A stretch of 64,000 nt of DNA from Calditrichia bacterium (GCA_050633245.1 JBOEGD010000001.1:224001-288000); one strand, 5' to 3'. Counted from the stretch's first letter, positions 27,231 through 38,220 are shown. The notes: generated by a model from the letters alone, not told the origin. Program-made: numbers and translations.

Positions 27231-29174
27231 ATGGCATATGTAAATCCACGTATTACTCAACTCGGCGCAACGCTCGAATCGTATACCGATCCGTCCAACG
27301 AACGGGTAGATACGCTGAACGACCTTGCCTGGGAACTTTGGACAACCCAGCCTGAGAGAGCCACTGAGTTGACTCACGAAGCATCCGCCCTGGCGGAGAA
27401 GCTGGACTATCCGCGTGGAAAGGCTTATGCCAAGGTCAACCGGGGAATGCTGGAGTGGCGTACCAATATTGCAGGTTCTCTTGAGCTGTTTGCGGAAGCA
27501 TTGGTTTGGTTCGAGGAACATGATGAACCGGTTGGCGCTGCAAACGTTCTGAACTTTATTGCCATTATTTATTGGGGCATCGGTGACCTGCAGCGCGGAC
27601 TCGATCATAGTTTAAAATCGCTTAAGCTGCATAAGACGGTTGATGATCCTGAAGGAAGTGGATGGACACATCAGACCCTGAGTGGGTTTCATCTTGATTT
27701 GAAGCAGTATGAACAGGCGAAAGAATATGCCACCAAGGCATACGAGATTTTTAAAGGATGTGAAAATAAGTTGGGCGAAGCTCGTGCTCTGAATGGGATG
27801 GGTAATGCTCTGCTTCATTTGGGCGATTGTAAAAAGGCGCTCGAATATCTGGAAGAAAGTTTAAGGCAATCCCGCGAGATGGAGCATGAGTTCTCTATTT
27901 CCAGAGCCCTTAACGATATCGGTTTGGTTTATCAGAAGCGGAGTGATTATGCCGGCGCGCTGCCGTTTCATCAGGAAAGCTTGCGGTTACGCGAAGAGCT
28001 GGATTATCCGACCGGACAAACAACTTCGCTACTCGATCTGGCCAATGCCTATGTTAATGTCGGCGAAACCGAAAAGGGAATTGCGGCAATTGAGCGATCA
28101 ATGAGTCTGGCAAAGGAAATTAATGCCAAGCCCAAGATCGCAAGAGGCCATATGGCACTTGCGATGATTTACGAAAACCTCGGTAGTTTTGAGCAGGCAT
28201 TGGAGCATTTCAAGCAACACTTCGAGCTTGAGCAATCCATCTTCAGTGAAGATGCTGAACGCAAGATGAAAAACATGCAGGCCGTTTTTGAGCGAGAAGC
28301 GACTCAAAAAGAAGCCGAGATCTTTCGCTTGAAGAATGTTGAGTTAAAGGAAAAAAATGAACAGCTTCAGCATACGCTTGAGGAGCTTAATTCTACGCAA
28401 GCCCAGCTGCTTCAGGCTGGTAAAATGATGGCTCTGGGTAATCTGGTCGCTGGTATTGCTCATGAAATAAATACGCCGATCGGCACTATCAAAAGCGGAG
28501 CCGACCTGGCTTCCCGCGTAGCGGGCAAACTTCTGAAATCTCTTGATGGCGATTCGGATGAGGCTGCTGTAAACAAAGAGCTGAATAAAACGCTTCCCCT
28601 GCTGCAAAGTAGTACCGAAAATACTTTTCTTGCCGTTGAGCGCATTATGAAAATAGTGAATGGACTAAAAAACTTCGCTCGCCTTGATGAAGCAGAGTTT
28701 CAGCTGGCTGATATTACCGAAGGACTAGAAAGTACGCTTCTGCTTATTGCACATGAAATTCCTGCGACAGTTAAGGTAGATTTACAATACGCTGATTTAC
28801 CGAAAATCTATTGTTTCCCTACCGAGTTGAATCAGGTTTTCATGAACATCATTCTAAATGCACTCCAAGCAATGCGCAATGGTGGAACGCTTACCATTCG
28901 CACTGAACAATCTGCTGAACATATACTCATTTCCATCTGTGATACCGGTGTTGGCATTGCTGAAGAGAACTTGAAATCTCTTTTTGAGCCCGGCTTTTCC
29001 TCCGGTGCCAGCCGTATGAAGATGAAAACCGGTCTTTACACCAGTTATGGCATTGTCGCCCGGCACCGAGGCGATATTCAGGTTGAGAGTACTATCGGAC
29101 GTGGGACAAAGTTTTCCATCACGATTGCTACGGATCTGCAAAATTATATGTCGCCGCTCTCCAGTGCATCCTAG
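27231..29174 (+). CDS. TPR-repeat sensor histidine kinase
   Basis: TPR array, AGIAHEINTP H-box, NQVFMNIILNA, DTGVGI; atypical G2 box. Confidence 0.9.
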   Translation: MAYVNPRITQLGATLESYTDPSNERVDTLNDLAWELWTTQPERATELTHEASALAEKLDYPRGKAYAKVNRGMLEWRTNIAGSLELFAEALVWFEEHDEPVGAANVLNFIAIIYWGIGDLQRGLDHSLKSLKLHKTVDDPEGSGWTHQTLSGFHLDLKQYEQAKEYATKAYEIFKGCENKLGEARALNGMGNALLHLGDCKKALEYLEESLRQSREMEHEFSISRALNDIGLVYQKRSDYAGALPFHQESLRLREELDYPTGQTTSLLDLANAYVNVGETEKGIAAIERSMSLAKEINAKPKIARGHMALAMIYENLGSFEQALEHFKQHFELEQSIFSEDAERKMKNMQAVFEREATQKEAEIFRLKNVELKEKNEQLQHTLEELNSTQAQLLQAGKMMALGNLVAGIAHEINTPIGTIKSGADLASRVAGKLLKSLDGDSDEAAVNKELNKTLPLLQSSTENTFLAVERIMKIVNGLKNFARLDEAEFQLADITEGLESTLLLIAHEIPATVKVDLQYADLPKIYCFPTELNQVFMNIILNALQAMRNGGTLTIRTEQSAEHILISICDTGVGIAEENLKSLFEPGFSSGASRMKMKTGLYTSYGIVARHRGDIQVESTIGRGTKFSITIATDLQNYMSPLSSAS

Positions 29175-29269
29175 TAGGCTTATCGGCGTTCAATATTAGA
29201 GCTCTGCCTGCACTTTCCCGCACCGAATGAATCTATTCTGCTTAAAAAACATTTTCCGGAGTATTAAAA

Positions 29270-29848
29270 ATGAATGACCTTTACCGCAACAATTTCATTC
29301 TGTTTCTACTGCTCACGCTTATCTCCAGCGTGTTTGGTGGGGATAAAAAACCGACGATTTTAATTACGTATTATTCTGCAAGTGGTAATACCGAGAAGAT
29401 GGCCAACGCTGTTTTTGAGGCTGCTTCAGAAAACGATAGTGTCGCTGTCGTGTTGAAAACGGTAAGTGAAGTAACAAAGCAAGATGTAGAATCAGCAGAT
29501 GGCATTATCATTGGATCACCAACATACTATGCAAACATGGCGGCTCCGGTCAAGGCTTTTATTGATGGCTGGTTCGAGCAAAAAGTTGTTCTGTTCGATA
29601 AGGTTGGTGGTGCATTTGCCACTGGCGGAGGACGCACGGCCGGTCGTGAATTTGTTGTAGCTTCACTACTATTGGCTATGCTCAATAATGGAATGATTGT
29701 GGCGGGCCCACATTATGAAAGCTGGGGAACGTTTGGAGCATCTGCTATAACTGCGCCTCCGGATGAGGGGGTCAATGACAGTGAGCTGGATGATGCTCGG
29801 CGCCTTGGAAGCAGGATCGCCGATTTGGTCTTAAAAATGACGGACTAG
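29270..29848 (+). CDS. Flavodoxin/WrbA-like NAD(P)H oxidoreductase with N-terminal signal peptide
   Basis: YYSASGNTEKMA, IIIGSPTYYANM, KVGGAFATGG. Confidence 0.88.
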   Translation: MNDLYRNNFILFLLLTLISSVFGGDKKPTILITYYSASGNTEKMANAVFEAASENDSVAVVLKTVSEVTKQDVESADGIIIGSPTYYANMAAPVKAFIDGWFEQKVVLFDKVGGAFATGGGRTAGREFVVASLLLAMLNNGMIVAGPHYESWGTFGASAITAPPDEGVNDSELDDARRLGSRIADLVLKMTD

Positions 29849-30417
29849 CGGATTCCCGCGGTTTGCATTAGCTCTGCGCGCTTATCATGAATCTCTTTAT
29901 TCTCAGGCATAATTTGCAGAGCACTTTCATATTTCTCAATGGCGCGAGAGAGTCTGCCTCGTCGTTCATCTCTTTTGGCCTGCTCAGTATAGTGTTGAAT
30001 CATCGATTCTTTAAGCAGCAGTGCCGTTGTATTATCCGGGTCAATCTGCAGAATCTGTAGCGTGTAACCCGTGGCATTATCTTCTTCCGGAGTCAAAAAG
30101 TTCTTATCCTCGAACGCTGTTAGCGCCTTTTCCAACAATCCTTCAATTCGCTTTTGGTTTTGAAGATTTTCTTCAATTGCAGCCAAACGTTGTTGTGCAA
30201 GTCCTTTTGCAACCTCATCCGCCTCGTCCTGTGAAAGAAAAAGCTGATAGTATTTCAGAGCACTGATATATTTTTTCTGATTATACAGCTCTTCAGCTCG
30301 CGTAAATATAACATCGACAGTAGACTTATTGTCTGAGCTGATGTAGGCGTAGCCGAGGGTGCCGATTACGGACAACATTAAGAAAATTATAATTAGAAAA
30401 ATCCACTTCTTGTTCAT
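29845..30417 (-). CDS. Membrane-anchored TPR protein
   Basis: GGAG RBS; N-terminal TM; helical TPR-like repeats (LTPEEDNA..Y..IL.IDPDN). Confidence 0.75.
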   Translation of the reverse strand: MNKKWIFLIIIFLMLSVIGTLGYAYISSDNKSTVDVIFTRAEELYNQKKYISALKYYQLFLSQDEADEVAKGLAQQRLAAIEENLQNQKRIEGLLEKALTAFEDKNFLTPEEDNATGYTLQILQIDPDNTTALLLKESMIQHYTEQAKRDERRGRLSRAIEKYESALQIMPENKEIHDKRAELMQTAGIR

Positions 30418-30670
30418 GGATGTTCTCCAGATGCAAATCATTGAGTTATTGGAATTTGGACAAAGCTGACTTCCCACCTCTACGGTGAGTACTAATGCAG
30501 CTTGCTGATAGGATTATCAAGATCGATTGCTAAATCGTAGTAAGAAACAACAATATCGTTGCTCAGAATGTGCTGATCCGCATAGAAATTCGAACTTCTT
30601 TTTAGAAGCGAAGTCTGCACCAGTCCATTTCGATATTTGATTTATTGAACCAGCCATCATAACTTGTCTT

Positions 30671-32158
30671 ATGCAAACGGCAATCCGACTTATTTTCCAT
30701 GTTGCGCTTTATGCGGGACTTCTCTTTTCGCTTACAGGATGCGATAATGGAACGAAGCCCGGTGGCTATAATGTGGTTCTTACGCCACAGGTTGAAGTCG
30801 ACTTACCACAGATCATCGAGCGTGATACGCTGGTTGCTTTGGTATCATATAACTCTAATAGCTTTTATATCTATAAGGGCCAAACAAAGGGATTTGAATA
30901 CGAGTTGCTTAAGCTTTTGGCACAGCATCTGAATGTTGAGCTAAAGGTGCAGGTTGTTCGGGATTTGAATACTGTCTTTGATCGTCTGAATTTGGGAGAT
31001 GGCGATCTGGTTGCCCATAATCTGGCCAGTACGAAAGAACGTCGCCAGCTGGTGAGCTTCACCGATTACTATACCAATGTGCCGCAGGTTTTGGTTCAGC
31101 GGGTACCGAAGAACTGGCGCAAAATGAAACTACATGAGATTGATCAGTCGATGTTACGGTATCCGATTGAGCTAATTGGCAAGCAAATTCATGTTCGTGG
31201 AGGCTCGGCATACTTTTCTCGCCTTAAAAGTCTTTCTGAAGAAATTGGTGGTGATATTGATATTGTTGAGGTGGCGGGAAATATCTCGACGGACGAGCTG
31301 ATTGCAATGGTTTCCTCCGGAGAAATTGATTATACTGTTGCCGACCAAAACATCGCGCGTATCAATCAAGCGTATTATTCCAACATCCATATAAAAATGC
31401 CGGTGAGTCTACCGCAGCCCGGCGCATGGGCCGTTCGGAAAAACTCTCCCGAGCTGCTAAATGAGATCAATCTATGGCTAAAGAGTCTGCGAAAAACGCC
31501 CACCTTTAACGTGCTCTTTAATCGCTATTATCGCAATAAACGCTATTTCAGACAACGCTCTAACAGTGATTACTTCTCCATTACCGGTGCCAAGATTTCC
31601 AGTTTTGACGATCTTATTCAGCAATACGCAGAGCAGTTAGGGTGGGACTGGCGTTTACTTGCAGCACAGATTTACCAGGAATCACAGTTCAATCCACGAG
31701 CGCGTTCTTGGATGGGAGCGACTGGATTGATGCAGCTAATGCCGGAAACTGCCGAGCAATACGGCGCACGAGACGCGATGAATCCTGAACAAAATATTGC
31801 AGCCGGAGTAAAATATCTGAAGTGGCTGGGTGGCTTTTGGGATTCAATTCCCGACTCATCCGACCGTCTGAAGTTCATCTTAGCTTCCTATAATGCCGGT
31901 CAGGGACATCTGCTTGATGCACAGCGCCTGTCAAAAAAATACGGCAAAAACCCACTCATATGGGAAGATAATGTTGCTTTCTATCTGCTAAAAAAATCTC
32001 AGGAAGAGTATTATAATGACGAGGTTGTAAATTTTGGATATGTGCGAGGTTCAGAACCGGTTGAATATGTCTCGGAAATACTTCGAATTTTCGAAAATTA
32101 TAAGCAGCTCGTTCCCCAAGATACATTAACTTCCAGCGATAGTCTTGTGCTAAAGTGA
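30671..32158 (+). CDS. mltF: MltF-type lytic transglycosylase (SBP + SLT), lipoprotein
   Basis: LTGC lipobox; GFEYELL; WDWRLLAAQIYQESQF, GATGLMQLMP, ASYNAG. Confidence 0.9.
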   Translation: MQTAIRLIFHVALYAGLLFSLTGCDNGTKPGGYNVVLTPQVEVDLPQIIERDTLVALVSYNSNSFYIYKGQTKGFEYELLKLLAQHLNVELKVQVVRDLNTVFDRLNLGDGDLVAHNLASTKERRQLVSFTDYYTNVPQVLVQRVPKNWRKMKLHEIDQSMLRYPIELIGKQIHVRGGSAYFSRLKSLSEEIGGDIDIVEVAGNISTDELIAMVSSGEIDYTVADQNIARINQAYYSNIHIKMPVSLPQPGAWAVRKNSPELLNEINLWLKSLRKTPTFNVLFNRYYRNKRYFRQRSNSDYFSITGAKISSFDDLIQQYAEQLGWDWRLLAAQIYQESQFNPRARSWMGATGLMQLMPETAEQYGARDAMNPEQNIAAGVKYLKWLGGFWDSIPDSSDRLKFILASYNAGQGHLLDAQRLSKKYGKNPLIWEDNVAFYLLKKSQEEYYNDEVVNFGYVRGSEPVEYVSEILRIFENYKQLVPQDTLTSSDSLVLK

Positions 32159-32293
32159 ACCTGTAAGAAGTCTTACGGTTAATCATATTCAGGCACAGTA
32201 CACTTTACCGATCATTGGTTTATGAGGGATAAATTCTAAACCAGATTCCAGTGCGTATTATTGCGCATTGATCTAAATTTAATGAGGTGTTAT

Positions 32294-35158
32294 ATGCGAT
32301 TGATTTTCATCATGGGATTATGTCTCGTGCTTTGCTCCATTCAATTTGTAACAGCAGCAGATAAACCGGTTAAATCGAAAGCGGCGATCGAGAATGATCG
32401 ATCTGAGCCGGAGTGGCTGCCCGGTGTAATTACTCTGAAGTTTGCCCATGGGATAAACTTGGGTGATGAAGCCACAGCAAGTGGCCTTACTGATGTAGAC
32501 GCGCTGTTTCAGCAGCACGGCGTTACCCATCTTAGGCATTTGGTTAAGGAAAGCTTTGTCCGCAGCGATATTCGCCGAAATGTTGGCATCGAAAGTATTT
32601 ATAATGTCTACTTCGAGCCAACTTTTGATGCGTTGCAGTTTGCAGAGGCTTTGTCGCGCAGTGAAAATATTCTTTATGCCGAACCGAAATTTCTCTATCC
32701 GCTAACTGCGACTCCCAATGATGCATTATATGGACAGATGACTCAATTTAATCATGTCGGTGCGCCTGCAGCATGGGATATCGTTAAAGCAGAAAGCGGC
32801 AATGTGGTTGTAGCGGTGGTCGATGGCGGAACAGACTGGGATCATGCAGACCTCGTGGCTAATATCTGGAATAACTCTGATGAGATTGCCGGAAACGGTA
32901 TTGATGATGATAACAATGGCTTTGTTGATGATGTGCGCGGTTGGAACTTTGCCAATAGCTCGAACGATCCGACCGGCCTTTCCAATACCCCACAGAATGC
33001 TGCCCATGGAACGCACGTTGGCGGCACGATTGGTGCCACAACGAACAATGGCAGCGGCGTAGCCAGTCTGGGATGGAACTGCATCCTGATGCCGGTGAAT
33101 GCCGGTAGCCCTTCAACCGATCGCAGCGTTGCCTTTGGCTATGACGGCATCGCTTATGCAGCTGCTAACGGAGCAGATATTATTAACTGTAGCTGGGGCG
33201 GTATTGGGAATCCGTCGTCATTGTCGCAGGATGTAATAAACTTTGCATATAATAATGGTGCTCTTGTGGTTGCGGCATCAGGTAATGATAATGCAGATAC
33301 TGATTTAACGCCGCACTTTCCGGCAAACTACGATCGCGTTCTTTCCGTAGGTGCTTCTTTTAAAACCAGTGATCAGCGTGCTAATTTTTCGAATTATGGT
33401 GCCACTGTAGATGTTTTTGCTCCCGGTGTTAGCATTTTGAGCACAATTCCGGGTGGCGGCTTTAACGGCTCATTTTCCGGAACATCAATGGCAAGCCCGA
33501 TGGTTGCCAGTCTTGCAAGTCTCGTAAAAACCATTAAGCCGGGTTATTCTGTAGACCAGATTCGCGAGCAAATTCGTGTTACAGCATTAAACATTGATGG
33601 CGTTAATCCCGGATTTGCCGGAAAACTTGGTAAGGGACGCATAGATGCGCTAAAAGCAGTTACCGACTTTTCATTGCCTGCTTTGCGAATTAGCAATGTC
33701 GATTTTGTAGATAGCGGTAATGATGGAATTATCGATGCCGGAGAGAGCGTTACAATGACCGTAACGTTTATAAATTATCTCGCAGCATCTTCAGGCGCCA
33801 CGCTCACGCTTAGCGAGTCGGATAACAATATTACAATCTCGAATGGAAGCGCAACGCTCGCCTCATTAAATACCAATGAAACAGCTTCTGCAAGCTTTCA
33901 GTTCAGTGTGGGTAGTAATGTGCCCGATGGATATACGCTGCGCTTTTTTGTAGACATTTCTTCGGGAAGCTACAGCGATCGCGATTTTATTCAACTGAGT
34001 GTTACTCCACCGCAATTTGCCAGTCATAACACGGGTGCAGTGCAGGCATCGATTACCAATGAAGGCAATATCGGATTTGTTGGATTTGCCGGTACGGCCG
34101 GATCGGGCTTTGTTCATGATGGTAATAATTACCTGTTTGAAGGTGGCTTGCTGCTCGGAACATCTGCGTCCTCGATTTCAGACTGTGTTCGTGGCGGCGA
34201 TGGTTCGACTCAGGATGTCGATTTTGTGCCTGTAGAAGGCGAAGTGCTGACCATTGTTACTCCCGGTGCGTTAGCCAATGAAGAGGGTTCAATTTTGCTG
34301 GAAGACTCTCCCGCACAGCAGTCGCTTGGCGTTACGATTCTCCAGGAAACGCTTGCTGATAACCTGCCTGAAAATGAAGACTTTGTTATTTTCAAATACA
34401 CAATTGTAAATAACAATAGCGGGTCGCTGAACGGACTGTATGTTGGGTTGTTTTTCGATTGGGATATAAATGCAAATGCCGCAGACTTTGCGCGCTATGA
34501 TGCGTCTCGCAGACTGAGTTACGTTGGGAACTCTGCCAGCCCAAATCGCATTGCTGCAACTAAGATCCTTACAACCGGAACGGCTATTGGTCACCGCTCT
34601 GTGCATAACCCCAATGAAATCTACGACGGCTTTAGCAATACTGAGAAGTGGAGCTTTTTAAATGGCGGTGTTCAGACGCAATCATTGGACAATGTAGATG
34701 TCGCTACAATGAGTTCGCAGGGACCGTTTAGCATTCAGGGTGGCGAGTCAATTGAAGTGGCATTTGCCGTAATGGGAGCATCAAGCGTTGCTGAACTCCA
34801 GACCACTGCCGATGCTGCTCAAGATTTTTATGACAACCCGCGTGTTGGCATTGAAGAGCCGCTTCCTATAGGATCGGCCGACACATATGAGCTGTCGCAA
34901 AACTATCCGAACCCTTTTAATCCGACCACGACAATAAGCTATCGTCTTGCCGGTGCAGGTGATGTCGAAATTGATATCTTCAATTCATTGGGACAGCGTG
35001 TTCGCACGCTTGTTCGTAGTTCTCAGACTGCTGGAAGCTATCAGGTGGTTTGGAATGGCAGGGACGATGCAGATAATAAAGTTAGCAGTGGCGTCTATCT
35101 TTACCGCCTCAAATCTGCCGGGCAGGTGTTAACGAAAAAAATGTTGTTGTTGGAATAA
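32294..35158 (+). CDS. Secreted S8 subtilisin-like protease with Ig-like domains and C-terminal sorting/FlgD-like domain
   Basis: Catalytic VVDGG, HGTHVGG, SGTSMASP; QNYPNPFNPTTTI...WNGRDD. Confidence 0.93.
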   Translation: MRLIFIMGLCLVLCSIQFVTAADKPVKSKAAIENDRSEPEWLPGVITLKFAHGINLGDEATASGLTDVDALFQQHGVTHLRHLVKESFVRSDIRRNVGIESIYNVYFEPTFDALQFAEALSRSENILYAEPKFLYPLTATPNDALYGQMTQFNHVGAPAAWDIVKAESGNVVVAVVDGGTDWDHADLVANIWNNSDEIAGNGIDDDNNGFVDDVRGWNFANSSNDPTGLSNTPQNAAHGTHVGGTIGATTNNGSGVASLGWNCILMPVNAGSPSTDRSVAFGYDGIAYAAANGADIINCSWGGIGNPSSLSQDVINFAYNNGALVVAASGNDNADTDLTPHFPANYDRVLSVGASFKTSDQRANFSNYGATVDVFAPGVSILSTIPGGGFNGSFSGTSMASPMVASLASLVKTIKPGYSVDQIREQIRVTALNIDGVNPGFAGKLGKGRIDALKAVTDFSLPALRISNVDFVDSGNDGIIDAGESVTMTVTFINYLAASSGATLTLSESDNNITISNGSATLASLNTNETASASFQFSVGSNVPDGYTLRFFVDISSGSYSDRDFIQLSVTPPQFASHNTGAVQASITNEGNIGFVGFAGTAGSGFVHDGNNYLFEGGLLLGTSASSISDCVRGGDGSTQDVDFVPVEGEVLTIVTPGALANEEGSILLEDSPAQQSLGVTILQETLADNLPENEDFVIFKYTIVNNNSGSLNGLYVGLFFDWDINANAADFARYDASRRLSYVGNSASPNRIAATKILTTGTAIGHRSVHNPNEIYDGFSNTEKWSFLNGGVQTQSLDNVDVATMSSQGPFSIQGGESIEVAFAVMGASSVAELQTTADAAQDFYDNPRVGIEEPLPIGSADTYELSQNYPNPFNPTTTISYRLAGAGDVEIDIFNSLGQRVRTLVRSSQTAGSYQVVWNGRDDADNKVSSGVYLYRLKSAGQVLTKKMLLLE

Positions 35159-35164
35159 TATGTC

Positions 35165-35218
35165 TTTGTAGCGACGCACAATATTTGTAGCGACGCACTG
35201 CAGTGCGTCGCTACAAAT
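35165..35218. repeat. GTAG-type REP-like palindrome with extra half copy
   Basis: 36-bp perfect palindrome ATTTGTAGCGACGCACTG/CAGTGCGTCGCTACAAAT (35183-35218) plus TTTGTAGCGACGCAC upstream. Confidence 0.8.
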
Positions 35219-35228
35219 TCAAACTTCC

Positions 35229-36218
35229 TTAATTATTCATCGCAAATCCACTTTTGCGCTTTTCAATCAACCGATCGATGTCTTCCCTGGTCATTTCCAT
35301 ATAGAAATTAACATCGGTTTTGTTTTGCTGAATATCTATTTTGTTAATCACATCCATCGCATCGCGGTCACTTCCCATTGAAAGCTTGGCCATTGCCATT
35401 ATTCCCTTAAAGGAATCGTGAAAGAGCAGTGCATTTTCACTATTGTCAAAATGTCCACGACCATCTACCTTCAGATTCTTTGAGACATCCATCGACATAT
35501 GCACTTCTTGGATTGAGCGAATTGCCGGCATGCGATCGAGCGCTTCATCAGACATCTGTGCCATCATCTCATCCATCATCGTAGCGGCATCAACAACTGC
35601 CCAAAAGGTGTCTTTGAAACGTAGTTTGTTGATGGACGCTTTCAGTGCTTCGTTTGATAATGTGCTGGACTCATTACTGAAATTATCCAGCCAGGCTTTT
35701 ACCATATCTTTTTTCCCGGCTACAACATGATGCTGATCGGCAAAGCAAAAGCTATTGTCGTTATTGTCCGGCATATATATCGTAAAGCTCTCGTAGCTTT
35801 CATTTAGCAGCCTGCCTTCTCGATCTTTCTCTTTAATGAAGTTCAGCATGCGGTCAGGGTCGAAGCTACCTTTTGCAATTACTAAACCTGCCTTCTCATG
35901 ATCATTTCCCGGTCTGTTGAAGGCGATAATCAATTCATCCACATCCGTGCGAACATCGAAGCCGGTTGCTTCAATCATTTCCTGATAATCGCTGGTGTCA
36001 TCCATTCGTTTTTCCATAGAGTCTACGATGGAGGAAAACATCGGACTCGTGCGCAGCTTATCCAGGTTCATGTAGGCAATTCCTCGCACGTCGGAGGGAA
36101 TGTTTGCTAACTCAGCGGTTACTGTGGCACTCATTCCGCTAGAGCCACGGTCGCTGCAGTTTAGAACTAATCCGGCGATCAGCAGCATTGCCATTGCTAG
36201 TTTTAAAAATGTTTTCAT
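35229..36218 (-). CDS. Hypothetical lipoprotein, last gene of ABC operon
   Basis: LVLNC lipobox; co-directional with ABC genes. Confidence 0.7.
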   Translation of the reverse strand: MKTFLKLAMAMLLIAGLVLNCSDRGSSGMSATVTAELANIPSDVRGIAYMNLDKLRTSPMFSSIVDSMEKRMDDTSDYQEMIEATGFDVRTDVDELIIAFNRPGNDHEKAGLVIAKGSFDPDRMLNFIKEKDREGRLLNESYESFTIYMPDNNDNSFCFADQHHVVAGKKDMVKAWLDNFSNESSTLSNEALKASINKLRFKDTFWAVVDAATMMDEMMAQMSDEALDRMPAIRSIQEVHMSMDVSKNLKVDGRGHFDNSENALLFHDSFKGIMAMAKLSMGSDRDAMDVINKIDIQQNKTDVNFYMEMTREDIDRLIEKRKSGFAMNN

Positions 36219-36227
36219 TACGTCTCC

Positions 36228-37055
36228 TTAAAAATTTTTACGGCTGAAAACAAAGCTTGCCGAAGCAAACATTAGAATTCCGAACAGGAGCGATGTCCAG
36301 AACGGAAGCCAGCTTGTTATTGGTTCGAGTGTTACTAATTGCTTCGTTATGTTGCCGAGTTCGGCAGTTTTGGGTAGAAAATGATACAGTCCATCTAGTG
36401 CGTAACCGTAATATTTACTCGACAAGAGAGCATAAATGTTATCACGTGCCAGAAGCAGTGGACTTAAAAAAAGAATCAAAAAATATGTTATCATAAGGGC
36501 AAATGGGCCGCTTTGAACCAATACGCTCAGAAATGTCATAAGCGCAAATAAAATTGCGAACGTTATGATGATCATTCCACCGGCGTAGAGAAATCCCATA
36601 TTCCAGATTCCGGTTTTCAGAGATAGAACAAGCCACGAAAAGATCATCATATAGGCAATGTTAAATGCGACTACTGCAACAGCACCGAGATAGCGCCCCA
36701 AAAGGATTTGGAACCGGCTAAGTGGCTTAGATATCAGCAGATCGATGCTGCCTTTTTGCAAAAATGATGGTACCAGGCTGCTTGTTGCAAACAGCGCCAG
36801 GAAAATTCCTGCAGTAAATAGAAGTGCGGCAATAACACCCTCGATTCCAAAAATAATCTCCTGCAAACCAACCATTCTATCCATATCTTCACCGAAGATA
36901 CTAACGCTGGATTCAAGACCATTTACAATGTCCAGATTAAGGGCAAATATCAATAGAAGGTTGAAGATTGTGGCAATAGCAAAAAAGGCAATGAATGTCT
37001 TTTTTGCAAATGACTCACGAATAGTTAATTGGATAACGGCTAAGAGCTTGGTCAT
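36228..37055 (-). CDS. ABC-2 type transporter permease
   Basis: 6 TM; GSIDLLISKPLSR.QILLGRYLG. Confidence 0.88.
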   Translation of the reverse strand: MTKLLAVIQLTIRESFAKKTFIAFFAIATIFNLLLIFALNLDIVNGLESSVSIFGEDMDRMVGLQEIIFGIEGVIAALLFTAGIFLALFATSSLVPSFLQKGSIDLLISKPLSRFQILLGRYLGAVAVVAFNIAYMMIFSWLVLSLKTGIWNMGFLYAGGMIIITFAILFALMTFLSVLVQSGPFALMITYFLILFLSPLLLARDNIYALLSSKYYGYALDGLYHFLPKTAELGNITKQLVTLEPITSWLPFWTSLLFGILMFASASFVFSRKNF

Positions 37056-38005
37056 ACCGACACCTCCTCTTGCCGAGGCTTGTCTTCAATAATGTCGATA
37101 AAGAAATCCTCCAGCGAAATTTTGCGCGGGATAATTCCTTGAATTACCAGCTGCTGTTCACGCAACATGTCGATAATATGATTTAACTGGGCATCATCTT
37201 CAACAGAAATGACGGTTTTTCCTTTAATATCCTGAACCGGTACATGAAGTTCTTTGCAAAGAATTTTTAGCGCAAGATCTTCTCCTCCGAGTTGAACTTC
37301 ATACTGCTGCTTAACAGAGATTAACTCGTCCACGCTTCCCTGACGAACCAACTGTCCTTTTTTCAGGATAGCAACTTCATCCGAAATCCGCTCGACTTCG
37401 GACAAGAGGTGTGAATTCAAGAATATTGTTTTCCCCTCATTGCGAAGCGAATTTAACAGCTCGCGAATTTCACGCCGACCAACCGGATCGATACCGTCGG
37501 TTGGTTCATCGAGAAAGAGCAGGTCGGGTTCATTCATCAATGCTTGAGCAATGCCTACGCGCTGCATCATCCCTTTGGAATATTTGCGAATACGCGTATC
37601 GCCCCAATCCTGCAAATTAACCCGCTTAAGCAGAACCGGAATGCGACTCTTCAGGTTATTGGGACTCACTCCAGCCATCTTGCCAAAGTAGTAGAGTACC
37701 TGATTGGCGGTTAGAAAATCTGGAAACCGGTGGTTCTCGGCCAGGTAGCCCAAGCGTTCATGAATTTGCGCATTGCTGATATCTTCTCCCAGTAGAGTAG
37801 CGTTGCCGCCTGTGGGGAAGACAATTCCAAGTAGCAGCTTTATTAGCGTCGTTTTACCCGCACCGTTTGGTCCAAGTAGACTAAAAACTTTCCCGCGTTC
37901 TACATTTAGCGAAACTTCTGTAAGAGCCTTAATTTGACCGCGCTGATAGTGTTTAGTTAGTTCTCGTGTTTCGATCGCGTTCAAGAAATCCTCATTCGTT
38001 ATCAT
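37052..38005 (-). CDS. ABC transporter ATP-binding protein (exporter type)
   Basis: GPNGAGKTT, YSKGMMQR, FLDEPT, NSHLL. Confidence 0.93.
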   Translation of the reverse strand: MITNEDFLNAIETRELTKHYQRGQIKALTEVSLNVERGKVFSLLGPNGAGKTTLIKLLLGIVFPTGGNATLLGEDISNAQIHERLGYLAENHRFPDFLTANQVLYYFGKMAGVSPNNLKSRIPVLLKRVNLQDWGDTRIRKYSKGMMQRVGIAQALMNEPDLLFLDEPTDGIDPVGRREIRELLNSLRNEGKTIFLNSHLLSEVERISDEVAILKKGQLVRQGSVDELISVKQQYEVQLGGEDLALKILCKELHVPVQDIKGKTVISVEDDAQLNHIIDMLREQQLVIQGIIPRKISLEDFFIDIIEDKPRQEEVSV

Positions 38006-38220
38006 CTTTTATTAAAAAAGTGCTGCACCAAATAACTTGTTTTTGATGAACAACACACTTTTTTTACGGGTATCTGGGTTATTTGTTACGGATGGAATGA
38101 ATCTACCTATTAATTTCCGAAACACAAATGCCTGGGCAAACTTGAGATTGTTACACTCCTTCGGTTATCCTTCTAAATATATAAAACAACATACACCCCG
38201 AATAAACCAAAGGCGACAGC

